From assembly GCF_036365525.1 (NCBI RefSeq), contig NC_090378.1:122187593-122251592 (forward strand): a stretch of 64,000 nucleotides of DNA, read 5' to 3'. A program made the translations under genes and the position numbers. Source of the stretch: Heterodontus francisci (lineage: Eukaryota). Below, in pieces: positions 1 through 15,000 of this stretch. Numbering within the stretch: the first letter of the stretch is position 1; each line of letters begins with the position of its first letter. The notes beneath the pieces were generated by a model. The model made no database searches. It was not told where the DNA came from and saw nothing but the letters and a program-made list of their open reading frames with translations.

Positions 1-3000
1 GTGATGTTCCTGAGTACACAGACTGGATTGTGAAGTGTGATGTACCTGGGTACACAGACCGGATTGTGAAGTGTGATGTACATGAGTACACAGTCAGGTT
101 TGTGAAGTGTTATATACCTGAGTACACCGACTGGATTGTGAAGTGTGATGTTCCTTAGTACACAGACTGGATTGTGAAGTGTGATGTACTTGAGTACACA
201 GACTGGATTGTGAAGTGTGATGTACCTGAGTACACAGACTGGATTGTGAAGTGTGATGTACCTGAGTACACGGACTGGATTGTGAAGTGCGATGTACCTG
301 AGTACACAGAATGGATTGTGAAGTGTGATGTACTTGAGTACACAGACTGGATTGTGAAGTGTGATGTACCTGAGTACACAGACTGGATTGTGAAGTGTGA
401 TGTACCTGAGTACACGGACTGGATTGTGAAGTGTGATGTACCTGAGTACACAGAATGGATTGTGAAGTGTGATGTCCCTGAGTACACAGACCGGATTGTG
501 TAGTGTGATGTACCTGAGTACACAGACTGGATTGTGAAGTGTGATGTATCGGAGTACACAGACTGGATTGTGAAGTGTGATATACCTGAGTACACAGACT
601 GGATTGTGAAGTCTGATGTACCTGAGTACACAGACTGGATTGTGAAGTGTGATGTACCTGAGTACACTGAATGGATTGTGAAGTGTGATGTACCTGAGTA
701 CACAGACTGGATTGTGAAGTGTGATGTTCCTGAGTACACAGACTGGATTGTGAAGTGTGATGTACCTGAGTACACAGACTGGATTGTGAAGTGTGATGTA
801 CCTGAGTACACAGAATGGATTGTGAAGTGTGATGTACCTGAGTACACGGACTGGATTGTGAAGTGTGATGGACCTTAGTACACAGAATGGATTGTGAAGT
901 GTGATGTACCTGAGTACACAGACCGGATTGTGAAGTGTGATGTATCTGAGTACACAGACTGGATTGTGAAGTGTGATGTACCTGAGTACACAGACTGGAT
1001 TGTGAAGTGTGATGTATCTGAGTACACAGACTGGATTGTGAAGTGTGATGTACCTGAGTACACAGAATGGATTGTGAAGTGTGATGTACCTGAGTACACA
1101 GACCGGATTGTGAAGTGTGATGTATCTGAGTACACAGAATGGATTGTGAAGTGTGATGTACCTGAGTACACAGACTGGACTGTGAAGTGTGATGTACCTG
1201 AGTACACAGACCGGATTGTGAAGTGCGATGTACACGAGTACACAGATTGGATTGTGAAGTGTGATGTACCTGAATACACGGACTGGATTGCGAAGTGTGA
1301 TGTACCTGAGAACACAGACTGGATTGTGAAGTGTGATGTACCTGAGTACACAGACGGGACTGTGAAGTGTGATGTACCTGAGTACACAGACCGGATTGTG
1401 ACGTGTGATGTACCTGAGTACACGGACAGGATTGCGAAGTGTGATGTACCTGAGTACACAGTCTGGATTGTGAAGTGTGATGTACCTGAGCACACAGACC
1501 GGATTGTGAAGTTTGATGTACACGAGTACACAGATTGGATTGTGAAGGGTGATGTATCTGTGTACACAGACTGGATTGTGAAGTGTGATGTTCCTGATTA
1601 CACAGACTGGATTGTGAAGTGTGATGTACCTGTGTACACAGACTGGATTGTGAAGTGTGATGTACCTGAGTACACAGACCGGATTGTGAAGTGTGATGTA
1701 CATGAGTACACAGTCAGGTTTGTGAAGTGTTATATACCTGAGCACACAGACTGGATTGTGAAGTGTGATGTTCCTGAGTACACAGACTGGATTTTGAAGT
1801 GTGATGTACCTGGGTACACAGACCGGATTGTGAAGTGTGATGTACATGAGTACACAGTCAGGTTTGTGAAGTGTTATATACCTGAGTACACCGACTGGAT
1901 TGTGAAGTGTGATGTTCCTTAGTACACAGACTGGATTGTGAAGTGTGATGTACTTGAGTACACAGACTGGACTGTGAAGTGTAATGTACCTGAGTACACA
2001 GACCGGATTGTGACGTGTGATGTACCTGAGTACACGGTCTGGATTGTGAAGTGTGATGTACCTGAGCACACAGACCGGATTGTGAAGTGTGATGTACACG
2101 AGTACACAGATTGGATTGTGAAGGGTGATGTATCTGTGTACACAGACTGGATTGTGAAGTGTGATGTTCCTGATTACACAGACTGGATTGTGAAGTGTGA
2201 TGTACCTGTGTACACAGACTGGATTGTGAAGTGTGATGTACCTGAGTACACAGACCGGATTGTGAAGTGTGATGTACATGAGTACACAGTCAGGTTTGTG
2301 AAGTGTTATATACCTGAGCACACAGACTGGATTGTGAAGTGTGATGTTCCTGAGTACACAGACTGGATTGTGAAGTGTGATGTACCTGGGTACACAGACC
2401 GGATTGTGAAGTGTGATGTACATGAGTACACAGTCAGGTTTGTGAAGTGTTATATACCTGAGTACACCGACTGGATTGTGAAGTGTGATGTTCCTTAGTA
2501 CACAGACTTGATTGTGAAGTGTGATGTACTTGAGTACACAGACTGGATTGTGAAGTGTGATGTACCTGAGTACACAGACTGGATTGTGAAGTGTGATGTA
2601 CCTGAGTACACGGACTGGATTGTGAAGTGTGATGTACCTGAGTACACAGAATGGATTGTGAAGTGTGATGTACTTGAGTACACAGACTGGATTGTGAAGT
2701 GTGATGTACCTGAGTACACAGACTGGATTGTGAAGTGTGATGTACCTGAGTACACGGACTGGATTGTGAAGTGTGATGTACCTGAGTACACAGAATGGAT
2801 TGTGAAGTGTGATGTCCCTGAGTACACAGACCGGATTGTGTAGTGTGATGTAGCTGAGTACACAGACTGGATTGTGAAGTGTGATGTATCGGAGTACACA
2901 GACTGGATTGTGAAGTGTGATATACCTGAGTACACAGACTGGATTGTGAAGTGTGATGTACCTGAGTACACAGACTGGATTGTGAAGTGTGATGTACCTG

Positions 3001-6000
3001 AGTACACAGAATGGATTGTGAAGTGTGATGTACCTGAGTACACAGACTGGATTGTGAAGTGTGATGTTCCTGAGTACACAGACTGGATTGTGAAGTGTGA
3101 TGTACCTGAGTACACAGACTGGATTGTGAAGTGTGATGTACCTGAGTACACAGAATGGATTGTGAAGTGTGATGTACCTGAGTACACGGACTGGATTGTG
3201 AAGTGTGATGTACCTTAGTACACAGAATGGATTGTGAAGTGTGATGTACCTGAGTACAAAGACCGGATTGTGAAGTGTGATGTATCTGAGTACACAGACT
3301 GGATTGTGAAGTGTGATGTACCTGAGTACACAGACTGGATTGTGAAGTGTGATGTATCTGAGTACACAGACTGGATTGTGAAGTGTGATGTACCTGAGTA
3401 CACAGAATGGATTGTGAAGTGTGATGTACCTGAGTACACAGACCGGATTGTGAAGTGTGATGTATCTGAGTACACAGAATGGATTGTGAAGTGTGATATA
3501 CCTGAGTACACAGACTGGACTGTGAAGTGTGATGTACCTGAGTACACAGACCGGATTGTGAAGTGCGATGTACACGAGTACACAGATTGGATTGTGAAGT
3601 GTGATGTACCTGAATACACGGACTGGATTGCGAAGTGTGAGGTACCTGAGAACACAGACTGGATTGTGAAGTGTGATGTACCTGAGTACACAGACTGGAC
3701 TGTGAAGTGTGATGTACCTGAGTACACAGACCGGATTGTGACGTGTGATGTACCTGAGTACACGGACAGGATTGCGAAGTGTGATGTACCTGAGTACACA
3801 GTCTGGATTGTGAAGTGTGATGTACCTGAGCACACAGACCGGATTGTGAAGTGTGATGTATCGGAGTACACAGACTGGATTGTGAAGTGTGATATACCTG
3901 AGTACACAGACTGGATTGTGAAGTGTGATGTACCTGAGTACACAGACTGGATTGTGAAGTGTGATGTACCTGAGTACACAGAATGGATTGTGAAGTGTGA
4001 TGTACCTGAGTACACAGACTGGATTGTGAAGTGTGATGTTCCTGAGTACACAGACTGGATTGTGAAGTGTGATGTACCTGAGTACACAGAATGGATTGTG
4101 AAGTGTGATGTACCTGAGTACACAGAATGGATTGTGAAGTGTGATGTACCTGAGTACACGGACTGGATTGTGAAGTGTGATGTACCTGAGTACACAGAAT
4201 GGATTGTGAAGTGTGATGTACCTGAGTACACAGACCGGATTGTGAAGTGTGATGTATCTGAGTACACAGACTGGATTGTGAAGTGTGATGTACCAGAGTA
4301 CACAGACTGGACTGTGAAGTGTGATGTACCTGAGTACACAGAATGGATTGTGAAGTGTGATGTACCTGAGTACACAGACTGGATTGTGAAGTGTGATGTA
4401 CCTGAGTACACAGAATGGATTGTGAAGTGTGATGTACCTGAGTACACGGACTGGATTGTGAAGTGTGATGTACCTGAGTACACAGAATGGATTGTGAAGT
4501 GTGATGTACCTGAGTACACAGACCGGATTGTGAAGTGTGATGTATCTGAGTACACAGACTGGATTGTGAAGTGTGATGTACCTGAGTACTCAGACTGGAT
4601 TGTGAAGTGTGATGTATCTGAGTACACAGACTGGATTGTGAAGTGTGATGTAACTGAGTACACAGAATGGATTGTGAAGTGTGATGTACCTGAGTACACA
4701 GACCGGATTGTGAAGTGTGATGTATCTGAGTACACAGAATGGATTGTGAAGTGTGATGTACCTGAGTACAGAGACTGGATTGTGAAGTGTGATGTACCTG
4801 AGTACCCAGACTGGATTGTGAAGTGTGATGTACCTGAGTACACAGACCGGATTGTGAAGTGTGATGTACCTGAGTACACAGAATGGATTGTGAAGTGTGA
4901 TGTACCTGAGCACAGAGACTGGATTGTGAAGTGTGATGTACCTGAGTACACAGACTGGATTGTGAAGTGTGATGTTCCTGAGCACACAGAATGGATTGTG
5001 AAGTGTGATGTACCTGAGTACACAGACTGGATTGTGAAGTGTGATGTACCTGAGTACACAGACTGGATTGTGAAGTGTGATGTATCGGAGTACACAGACT
5101 GGATTGTGAAGTGTGATATACCTGAGTACACAGACTGGATTGTGAAGTGTGATGTACCTGAGAACACGGACTGGATTGTGAAGTGTGATGTACCTGAGTA
5201 CACAGAGTGGATTGTGAAGTGTGATGTACCTGACTACACAGACTGGATTGTGAAGTGTGATGTACCTGAGTACACAGAATGGATTGTGAAGTGTGATGTA
5301 CCTGAGTACAGAGACTTGATTGTGAAGTGTGATGTACCTGAGTACACAGACTGGATTGTGAAGTGTGATGCACCTGAGTACACAGACGGGATTGCGAAGT
5401 GTGATGTACCTGAGTACACAGACTGGATTGTGAAGTGTGATTTTCCTGAGTACACAGACTGGATTGTGAAGTGTGATTTTCCTGAGTACACAGACTGGAT
5501 TGTGAAGTGTGATGTACCTGAGTACACAGAATGGATTGTGAAGTGTGATGTCCCTGAGTACACAGACCGGATTGTGAAGTGTGATGTACCTGAGTACACA
5601 GACTGGATTGTGAAGTGTGATGTATCGGAGTACACAGACTGGATTGTGAAGTGTGATATACCTGAGTACACAGACTGGATTGTGAAGTGTGATGTACCTG
5701 AGGACACAGACTGGATTGTGAAGTGTGATGTACCTGAGTACACAGAATGGATTGTGAAGTGTGATGTACCTGAGTACACAGACTGGATTGTGAAGTGTGA
5801 TGTTCCTGAGTACACAGACTGGATTGTGAAGTGTGATGTACCTGAGTACACAGACTGGATTGTGAAGTGTGATGTACCTGAGTACACAGAATGGATTGTG
5901 AAGTGTGATGTACCTGAGTACACGGACTGGATTGTGAAGTGTGATGTACCTGAGTACACAGAATGGATTGTGAAGTGTGATGTACCTGAGTACACAGACC

Positions 6001-9000
6001 GGATTGTGAAGTGTGATGTATCTGAGTACACAGACTGGATTGTGAAGTGTGATGTACCTGAGTACACAGACTGGATTGTGAAGTGTGATGTATCTGAGTA
6101 CACTGACTGGATTGTGAAGTGTGATGTACCTGAGTACACAGAATGGATTGTGAAGTGTGATGTACCTGAGTACAGAGACTGGATTGTGAAGTGTGATGTA
6201 CCTGAGTACCCAGACTGGATTGTGAAGTGTGATGTACCTGAGTACACAGACCGGATTGTGAAGTGTGATGTACCTGAGTACACAGAATGGATTGTGAAGT
6301 GTGATGTACCTGAGCACAGAGACTGGATTGTGAAGTGTGATGTACCTGAGTACACAGACTGGATTGTGAAGTGTGATGTTCCTGAGTACACAGAATGGAT
6401 TGTGAAGTGTGATGTACCTGAGTACACAGACCGGATTGTGAAGTGTGATGTACCTGAGTACACAGACTGGATTGTGAAGTGTGATGTATCGGAGTACACA
6501 GACTGGATTGTGAAGTGTGATATACCTGAGTACACAGACTGGATTGTGAAGTGTGATGTACCTGAGAACACGGACTGGATTGTGAAGTGTGATGTACCTG
6601 AGTACACAGAGTGGATTGTGAAGTGTGATGTACCTGACTACACAGACTGGATTGTGAAGTGTGATGTACCTGAGTACACAGAATGGATTGTGAAGTGTGA
6701 TGTACCTGAGTACAGAGACTGGATTGTGAAGTGTGATGTACCTGAGTACACAGACTGGATTGTGAAGTGTGATGCACCTGAGTACACAGACGGGATTGCG
6801 AAGTGTGATGTACCTGAGTACACAGACTGGATTGTGAAGTGTGATTTTCCTGAGTACACAGACTGGATTGTGAAGTGTGATTTTCCTGAGTACACAGACT
6901 GGATTGTGAAGTGTGATGTACCTGAATACACGGACTGGATTGCGAAGTGTGATGTACCTGAGAACACGGACTGGATTGTGAAGTGTGATGTACCTGAGTA
7001 CACAGACTGGACTGTGAAGTGTGATGTACCTGAGTACACAGACCGGATTGTGAAGTGTGATGTACACGAGTACACAGATTGGATTGTGAAGGGTGATGTA
7101 TCTGTGTACACAGACTGGAGTGTGAAGTGTGATGTTCCTGATTACACAGACTGGATTGTGAAGTGTGATGTACCTGTGTACACAGACTGGATTGTGAAGT
7201 GTGATGTACCTGAGTACACAGACCGGATTTTGAAGTGTGATGTACATGTGTACACAGTCAGGTTTGTGAAGTGTTATATACCTGAGTACACAGACTGGAT
7301 TGTGAAGTGTGATGTACCTGAGTACACAGACTGGATTGTGAAGTGCCATGTTCCTGAGTACACAGACTGGATTGTGAAGTGTGATGTACCTGAGTACATA
7401 GACTGGATTGTGAAGTGTGATGTACCTGAGTACACAGATTGGATTGTGAAGGGTGATGTATCTGAGTACACAGACTGGATTGTGAATTGTGATGTTCTGA
7501 GTACACAGACCGGATTGTGAAGTTTGATATACCTGAGTGCACAGACTGGATTGTGAATTATGATGTTCTGAGTACACGGACCTGATTGTGAAGTTTGATA
7601 TACCTGAGTACTCAGACCGGATTGTGAAGTGTGATGTACCTGAGTGCACAGACTGGATTGTGAATTGTGATGTTCTGAGTACACGGACCGGATTGTGAAG
7701 TTTGATATACCTGAGTACTCAGACCGGATTGTGAAGTGTGATGTACCTGAGTACACAGACAGGATTGTGAATTGTGATGTTCCTGAGTACACAGACTGGA
7801 TTGTGAAGTGTGATGTACCTGAGTACACAGACCGGATTGTGAAGTGTGATGTACCTGAGTACACAGACCGGATTGTGAAGAGTGATGTACCTGAGTACAC
7901 AGAATGGATTGTGAAGTGTGACACATCTGAATACACAGACTGGACTGTGAATTGTGATGTACCTGAGTACACAGAACGGATTGTGAAGTGTGATGTACCT
8001 GAGTACACAGAGTGGATTGTCAAGTGCGATGTACCTGTGTACACTGACTGGATTGTGAAGTGTGATGTTCCTGAGTACACAGACTGGATTGTGAAGTGTG
8101 ATGTACCTGAGTACACAGACTGGATTGTGAAGTGTGATGTACCTGAGTACACAGACTGGATTCTGAAGTGTGATGTACCTGAGTACACAGACCGGATGGT
8201 GAAGTGTGATGTCCCTGAGTACACAGACTGGATTGTGAAGTGTGATGTACCTGAGTACACGGACTGGATTGTGAAGTGTGATGTACCTGAGTACACAGAG
8301 TGGATTGTGAAGTGTGATATACCTGAGAACACGGACTGGGTTGTGAAGTGTGATGTACCTGAGTACACAGAATGGATTGTGAAGTGTGATGTACCTGAGT
8401 ACAGAGACTGGATTGTGAAGTGTCATGGACCTGAGTACACAGACTGGATTGTGAAGTGTCATGTACCTGAGTACACAGACTGGATTGTGAAGTGTGATGT
8501 ACCTGAGTACACGGACTGGATTGTGAAGTGTGATGTACCTGAGTACACAGACCGGATTGTGAAGTGTGATGTTCCTGAGTACACAGACTGGATTGTGAAG
8601 TGTGATATACCTGAGTACACAGACTGGATTGTGAAGTGTGATGTACCTGAGAACACGGACTGGATTGTGAAGTGTGATGTACCTGAGTACACAGAGTGGA
8701 TTGTGAACTGTGATGTACCTGAGTACAGAGACTGGATTGTGAAGTGTGATGTACCTGAGTACACAGACCGGATTGTGAAGTGTGATGTACCTGAGTACAC
8801 AGAATGGATTGTGAAGTGTGATGTACCTGAGCACAGAGACTGGATTGTGAAGTGTGATGTACCTGAGTACACAGACTGGATTGTGAAGTGTGATGTTCCT
8901 GAGTACACAGAATGGATTGTGAAGTGTGATGTACCTGAGTACACAGACCGGATTGTGAAGTGTGATGTACCTGAGTACACAGACTGGATTGTGAAGTGTG

Positions 9001-12000
9001 ATGTATCGGAGTACACAGACTGGATTGTGAAGTGTGATATACCTGAGTACACAGACTGGATTGTGAAGTGTGATGTACCTGAGAACACGGACTGGATTGT
9101 GAAGTGTGATGTACCTGAGTACACAGAGTGGATTGTGAAGTGTGATGTACCTGACTACACAGACTGGATTGTGAAGTGTGATGTACCTGAGTACACAGAA
9201 TGGATTGTGAAGTGTGATGTACCTGAGTACAGAGACTGGATTGTGAAGTGTGATGTACCTGAGTACACAGACTGGATTGTGAAGTGTGATGCACCTGAGT
9301 ACACAGACGGGATTGCGAAGTGTGATGTACCTGAGTACACAGACTGGATTGTGAAGTGTGATTTTCCTGAGTACACAGACTGGATTGTGAAGTGTGATTT
9401 TCCTGAGTACACAGACTGGATTGTGAAGTGTGATGTACCTGAATACACGGACTGGATTGCGAAGTGTGATGTACCTGAGAACACGGACTGGATTGTGAAG
9501 TGTGATGTACCTGAGTACACAGACTGGACTGTGAAGTGTGATGTACCTGAGTACACAGACCGGATTGTGAAGTGTGATGTACACGAGTACACAGATTGGA
9601 TTGTGAAGGGTGATGTATCTGTGTACACAGACTGGAGTGTGAAGTGTGATGTTCCTGATTACACAGACTGGATTGTGAAGTGTGATGTACCTGTGTACAC
9701 AGACTGGATTGTGAAGTGTGATGTACCTGAGTACACAGACCGGATTTTGAAGTGTGATGTACATGTGTACACAGTCAGGTTTGTGAAGTGTTATATACCT
9801 GAGTACACAGACTGGATTGTGAAGTGTGATGTACCTGAGTACACAGACTGGATTGTGAAGTGCCATGTTCCTGAGTACACAGACTGGATTGTGAAGTGTG
9901 ATGTACCTGAGTACATAGACTGGATTGTGAAGTGTGATGTACCTGAGTACACAGATTGGATTGTGAAGGGTGATGTATCTGAGTACACAGACTGGATTGT
10001 GAATTGTGATGTTCTGAGTACACAGACCGGATTGTGAAGTTTGATATACCTGAGTGCACAGACTGGATTGTGAATTATGATGTTCTGAGTACACGGACCT
10101 GATTGTGAAGTTTGATATACCTGAGTACTCAGACCGGATTGTGAAGTGTGATGTACCTGAGTGCACAGACTGGATTGTGAATTGTGATGTTCTGAGTACA
10201 CGGACCGGATTGTGAAGTTTGATATACCTGAGTACTCAGACCGGATTGTGAAGTGTGATGTACCTGAGTACACAGACAGGATTGTGAATTGTGATGTTCC
10301 TGAGTACACAGACTGGATTGTGAAGTGTGATGTACCTGAGTACACAGACCGGATTGTGAAGTGTGATGTACCTGAGTACACAGACCGGATTGTGAAGAGT
10401 GATGTACCTGAGTACACAGAATGGATTGTGAAGTGTGACACATCTGAATACACAGACTGGACTGTGAATTGTGATGTACCTGAGTACACAGAACGGATTG
10501 TGAAGTGTGATGTACCTGAGTACACAGAGTGGATTGTCAAGTGCGATGTACCTGTGTACACTGACTGGATTGTGAAGTGTGATGTTCCTGAGTACACAGA
10601 CTGGATTGTGAAGTGTGATGTACCTGAGTACACAGACTGGATTGTGAAGTGTGATGTACCTGAGTACACAGACTGGATTCTGAAGTGTGATGTACCTGAG
10701 TACACAGACCGGATGGTGAAGTGTGATGTCCCTGAGTACACAGACTGGATTGTGAAGTGTGATGTACCTGAGTACACGGACTGGATTGTGAAGTGTGATG
10801 TACCTGAGTACACAGAGTGGATTGTGAAGTGTGATATACCTGAGAACACGGACTGGGTTGTGAAGTGTGATGTACCTGAGTACACAGAATGGATTGTGAA
10901 GTGTGATGTACCTGAGTACAGAGACTGGATTGTGAAGTGTCATGGACCTGAGTACACAGACTGGATTGTGAAGTGTCATGTACCTGAGTACACAGACTGG
11001 ATTGTGAAGTGTGATGTACCTGAGTACACGGACTGGATTGTGAAGTGTGATGTACCTGAGTACACAGACCGGATTGTGAAGTGTGATGTTCCTGAGTACA
11101 CAGACTGGATTGTGAAGTGTGATATACCTGAGTACACAGACTGGATTGTGAAGTGTGATGTACCTGAGAACACGGACTGGATTGTGAAGTGTGATGTACC
11201 TGAGTACACAGAGTGGATTGTGAACTGTGATGTACCTGAGTACAGAGACTGGATTGTGAAGTGTGATGTACCTGAGTACACAGACTGGATTGTGAAGTGT
11301 GATGTACCTGAGCACACAGACGGGATTGTGAAGTGTGATATACCTGAGTACACAGACTGGATTGTGAAGTGTGATGTACCTGAGAACACGGACTGGATTG
11401 TGAAGTGTGATGTACCTGAGTACACAGACTGGATTGTGAAGTGTGATGTACCTGAGTACACTGAATGGATTGTGAAGTGTGATGTACCTGAATACACGGA
11501 CTGGATTGCGAAGTGTGATGTACCTGAGAACACGGACTGGATTGTGAAGTGTGATGTACCTGAGTACACAGAATGGATTGTGAAGTGTGATGTACCTGAA
11601 TACACAGACTGGAATGTGAAGTGTGATGTACCTGAGAACACGGACTGGATTGTGAAGTGTGATGTACCTGAGTACACAGACTGGACTGTGAAGTGTGATG
11701 TACCTGAGTACACAGACCGGATTGTGACGTGTGATGTGCCTGAGTACACGAACTGGATTGCGAAGTGTGATGTACCTGAGTACACAGAATGGATTGTGAA
11801 GTGTGATGTACCTGAGTACACAGTCTGGATTGTGAAGTGTGATGTACCTGAGTACACAGACCGGATTGTGAAGTGTGATGTACACGAGTACACAGATTGG
11901 ATTGTGAAGTGTGATGTTCCTGATTACACAGAATGGATTGTGAAGTGTGATGTACCTGAGTACACAGTCTGGATTGTGAAGTGTGATGTACCTGAGTACA

Positions 12001-15000
12001 CAGACCGGATTGTGAAGTGTGATGTACCTGAGTACACAGTCTGGATTGTGAAGTGTGATGTACCTGAGTACACAGACCGGATTGTGAAGTGTGATGTATC
12101 TGAGTACACAGACTGGATTGCGAAGTGTGATGTACCTGAGTACACAGAATGGATTGTGAAGTTTGATGTACCTGAGTACACAGTCTGGATTGTGAAGTGT
12201 GATGTACCTGAGTACACAGACTGGATTGCGAAGTGTGATGTACCTGAGTACACAGAATGGATTGTGAAGTGTGATGTACCTGAGCACACAGTCTGGATTG
12301 TGAAGTGTGATGTACCTGTGTACACAGACCGGATTGTGAAGTGTGATGTACACGAGTACACAGACTGGATTGTGAAGTGTGATGTTCCTGATTACACAGA
12401 CTGGATTGTGAAGTGTGATGTTCCTGAGTACACAGACTGGATTGTGAAGTGTGATGTACCTGAGTACACAGACCGGATTGTGAAGTTTGATGTACATGAG
12501 TACACAGTCAGGTTTCTGAAGTGTTATATACCTGAGTACACAGACTGGATTGTGAAGTGTGATGTACCTGAGTACACAGACCGGATTGTGAAGTCTGATG
12601 TACATGAGTACACAGTCAGGTTTGTGAAGTGTTATATACCTGAGTACACAGACCGGATTGTGCAGTGTGATGTACATGAGTACACAGTCAGGTTTGTGAA
12701 GTGTTATATACCTGAGTACACAGACTGGATTGTGAAGTGTGATGTACCTGAGTACACAGACTGGATTGTGAAGTGTGATGTACCTGAGTACACAGACTGG
12801 ATTGCGAAGTGTGACGTACCTGAGTACATAGACTGGATTGAAAAGTGTGATGTTCCTGAATACACAGACTGGATTATGAAGTGTGATGTTCTGAGTACAC
12901 AGACTGGATTGTGAAGTGTGATGTACCTGAGTACACAGACTGGATTGTGAAGTGTGATGTACCTGAGTACACAGACCGGATTGTAAAGAGTGATGTACCT
13001 GAGTACACAGAATGGATTGTGAAGTGTGATGCACCTGAGTACACAGACTGGACTGTGAATTGTGATGTACCTGAGTACACAGAACGGATTGTGAAGTGTG
13101 ATGTACCTGAGTACACAGACTGGATTGTGAAGTGTGATGTTTCTGAGTACACAGACTGGATTGTGAAGTGTGATGTACCTGAGTACACAGACTGGATTGT
13201 GAAGTGTGATGTACCTGTGTACACGGACTGGATTGCGAAGTGTGATGTACCTGAGTACACAGACTGGATTGTGAAGTGTGATGTACCTGAGTACACAGAC
13301 TGGATTGTGAAGTTTGATGTACCTGTGTACACGGACTGGATTGCGAAGAGTGATGTACCCGAGTACACAGTCTGGATTGTGAAGTGTTATATACCTGAGT
13401 ACACAGATTGCATTGTGAAGTGTGATGTACCTGAGTACACAGACTGGATTGTGAAGTGTGATGTACCTGAGTACGCAGACTGGATTCTGAAGTGTGATGT
13501 ACCTGAGTACACAGACCGGATTGTGAAGTGTGATGTCCCTGAGTACACAGACTGGATTGTGAAGTGTGATGTACCTGAGTACACAGACTGGATTGTGAAG
13601 TGAGATGTACCTGAGTACACAGACTGGATTGTGAAGTGTGATGTACCTGTATACACAGACTGGATTGTGAAGTCTGATGTCCCTGAGGACACAAACTGGA
13701 TTGTGAAGTGAGATGTATCTGAGTACACATACTGGATTGTGAAGTGTGATGTACCCGAGTACACAGACTGGATTGTGCAGTGTGAGGTATCTGAGTACAC
13801 AGACTGGATTGTGAAGTGTGATCTATCTGGGGACACAGACTGGATTGTGAAGTGTGATGTATCTGAGTACACAGACTGGATTGTGAAGTGTGATGTACCT
13901 GAGTACACAGACTGGATTGTGAAGTGTGATGTACCTGAGTACACAGACTGGATTGTGAAGAGTGATGTACCTGAGTACACAGACTGGATTGTGAAGTGTG
14001 ATGTATCTGAGTACACAGACTGGATTGTGAAGTGTGATGTACCCGAGTACACAGACTGGATTGTGCAGTGTGAGGTATCTGAGTACACAGACTGGATTGT
14101 GAAGTGTGATGTATCTGAGTACACAGACTGGATTGTGAAGTGTGATGTACCTGAGTACACAGACTGGATTGTGAAGTGTGATGTATCTGAGAACACGGAC
14201 TGGATTGCGAAGTGTGATGTACCTGAGTACACAGACTGGACTGTGAAGTGTGATGTACCTGAGTACACAGACGGGATTGTGAAGTGTGATGTACCCGAGT
14301 ACACGGACTGGATTGCGAAGTGTGATGTACCTGAGTACACAGAATGGATTGTGAAGTGTGATGTACCTGAGTACACAGTCTGGATTGTGAAGTGTGATGT
14401 ACCTGAGTACACAGACCGGATTGTGAAGTGTGATGTACCTGAGTACACGGACTGGATTGCGAAGTGTGATGTACCTGCGTACACAGAATGGATTGTGAAG
14501 TGTGATGTACCTGAGTACACAGTCTGGATTGTGAAGTGTGATGTACCTGAGTACACGGACTGGATTGCGAAGTGTGATGTACCTGACTACACAGATTGGA
14601 TTGTGAAGGGTGATGTATCTGTGTACTCAGACTGGATTGTGAAGTGTGATGTTCCTCATTACACAGACTGGATTGTGAAGTGTGATGTACCTGTGTACAC
14701 AGACTGGATTGTGAAGTGTGATGTACCTGAGTACACAGACCTGATTGTGAAGTGTGATGTACATGAGTACACAGTCAGGTTTGTGAAGTGTTATATACCT
14801 GAGTACACAGACTGGGTTGTGAAGTGTGATGCACCTGAGTACACAAACTGGATTGTGTAGTGTGATGTACCTGAGTACACAGACTGGATTGTGAAGTGTG
14901 ATGTACCTGAGTGCACACACCGGATTGTGAAGTTTGATATACCTGAGTACTCAGACCGGATTGTGAAGTGTGATGTACCTGAGTACACAGACAGGATTGT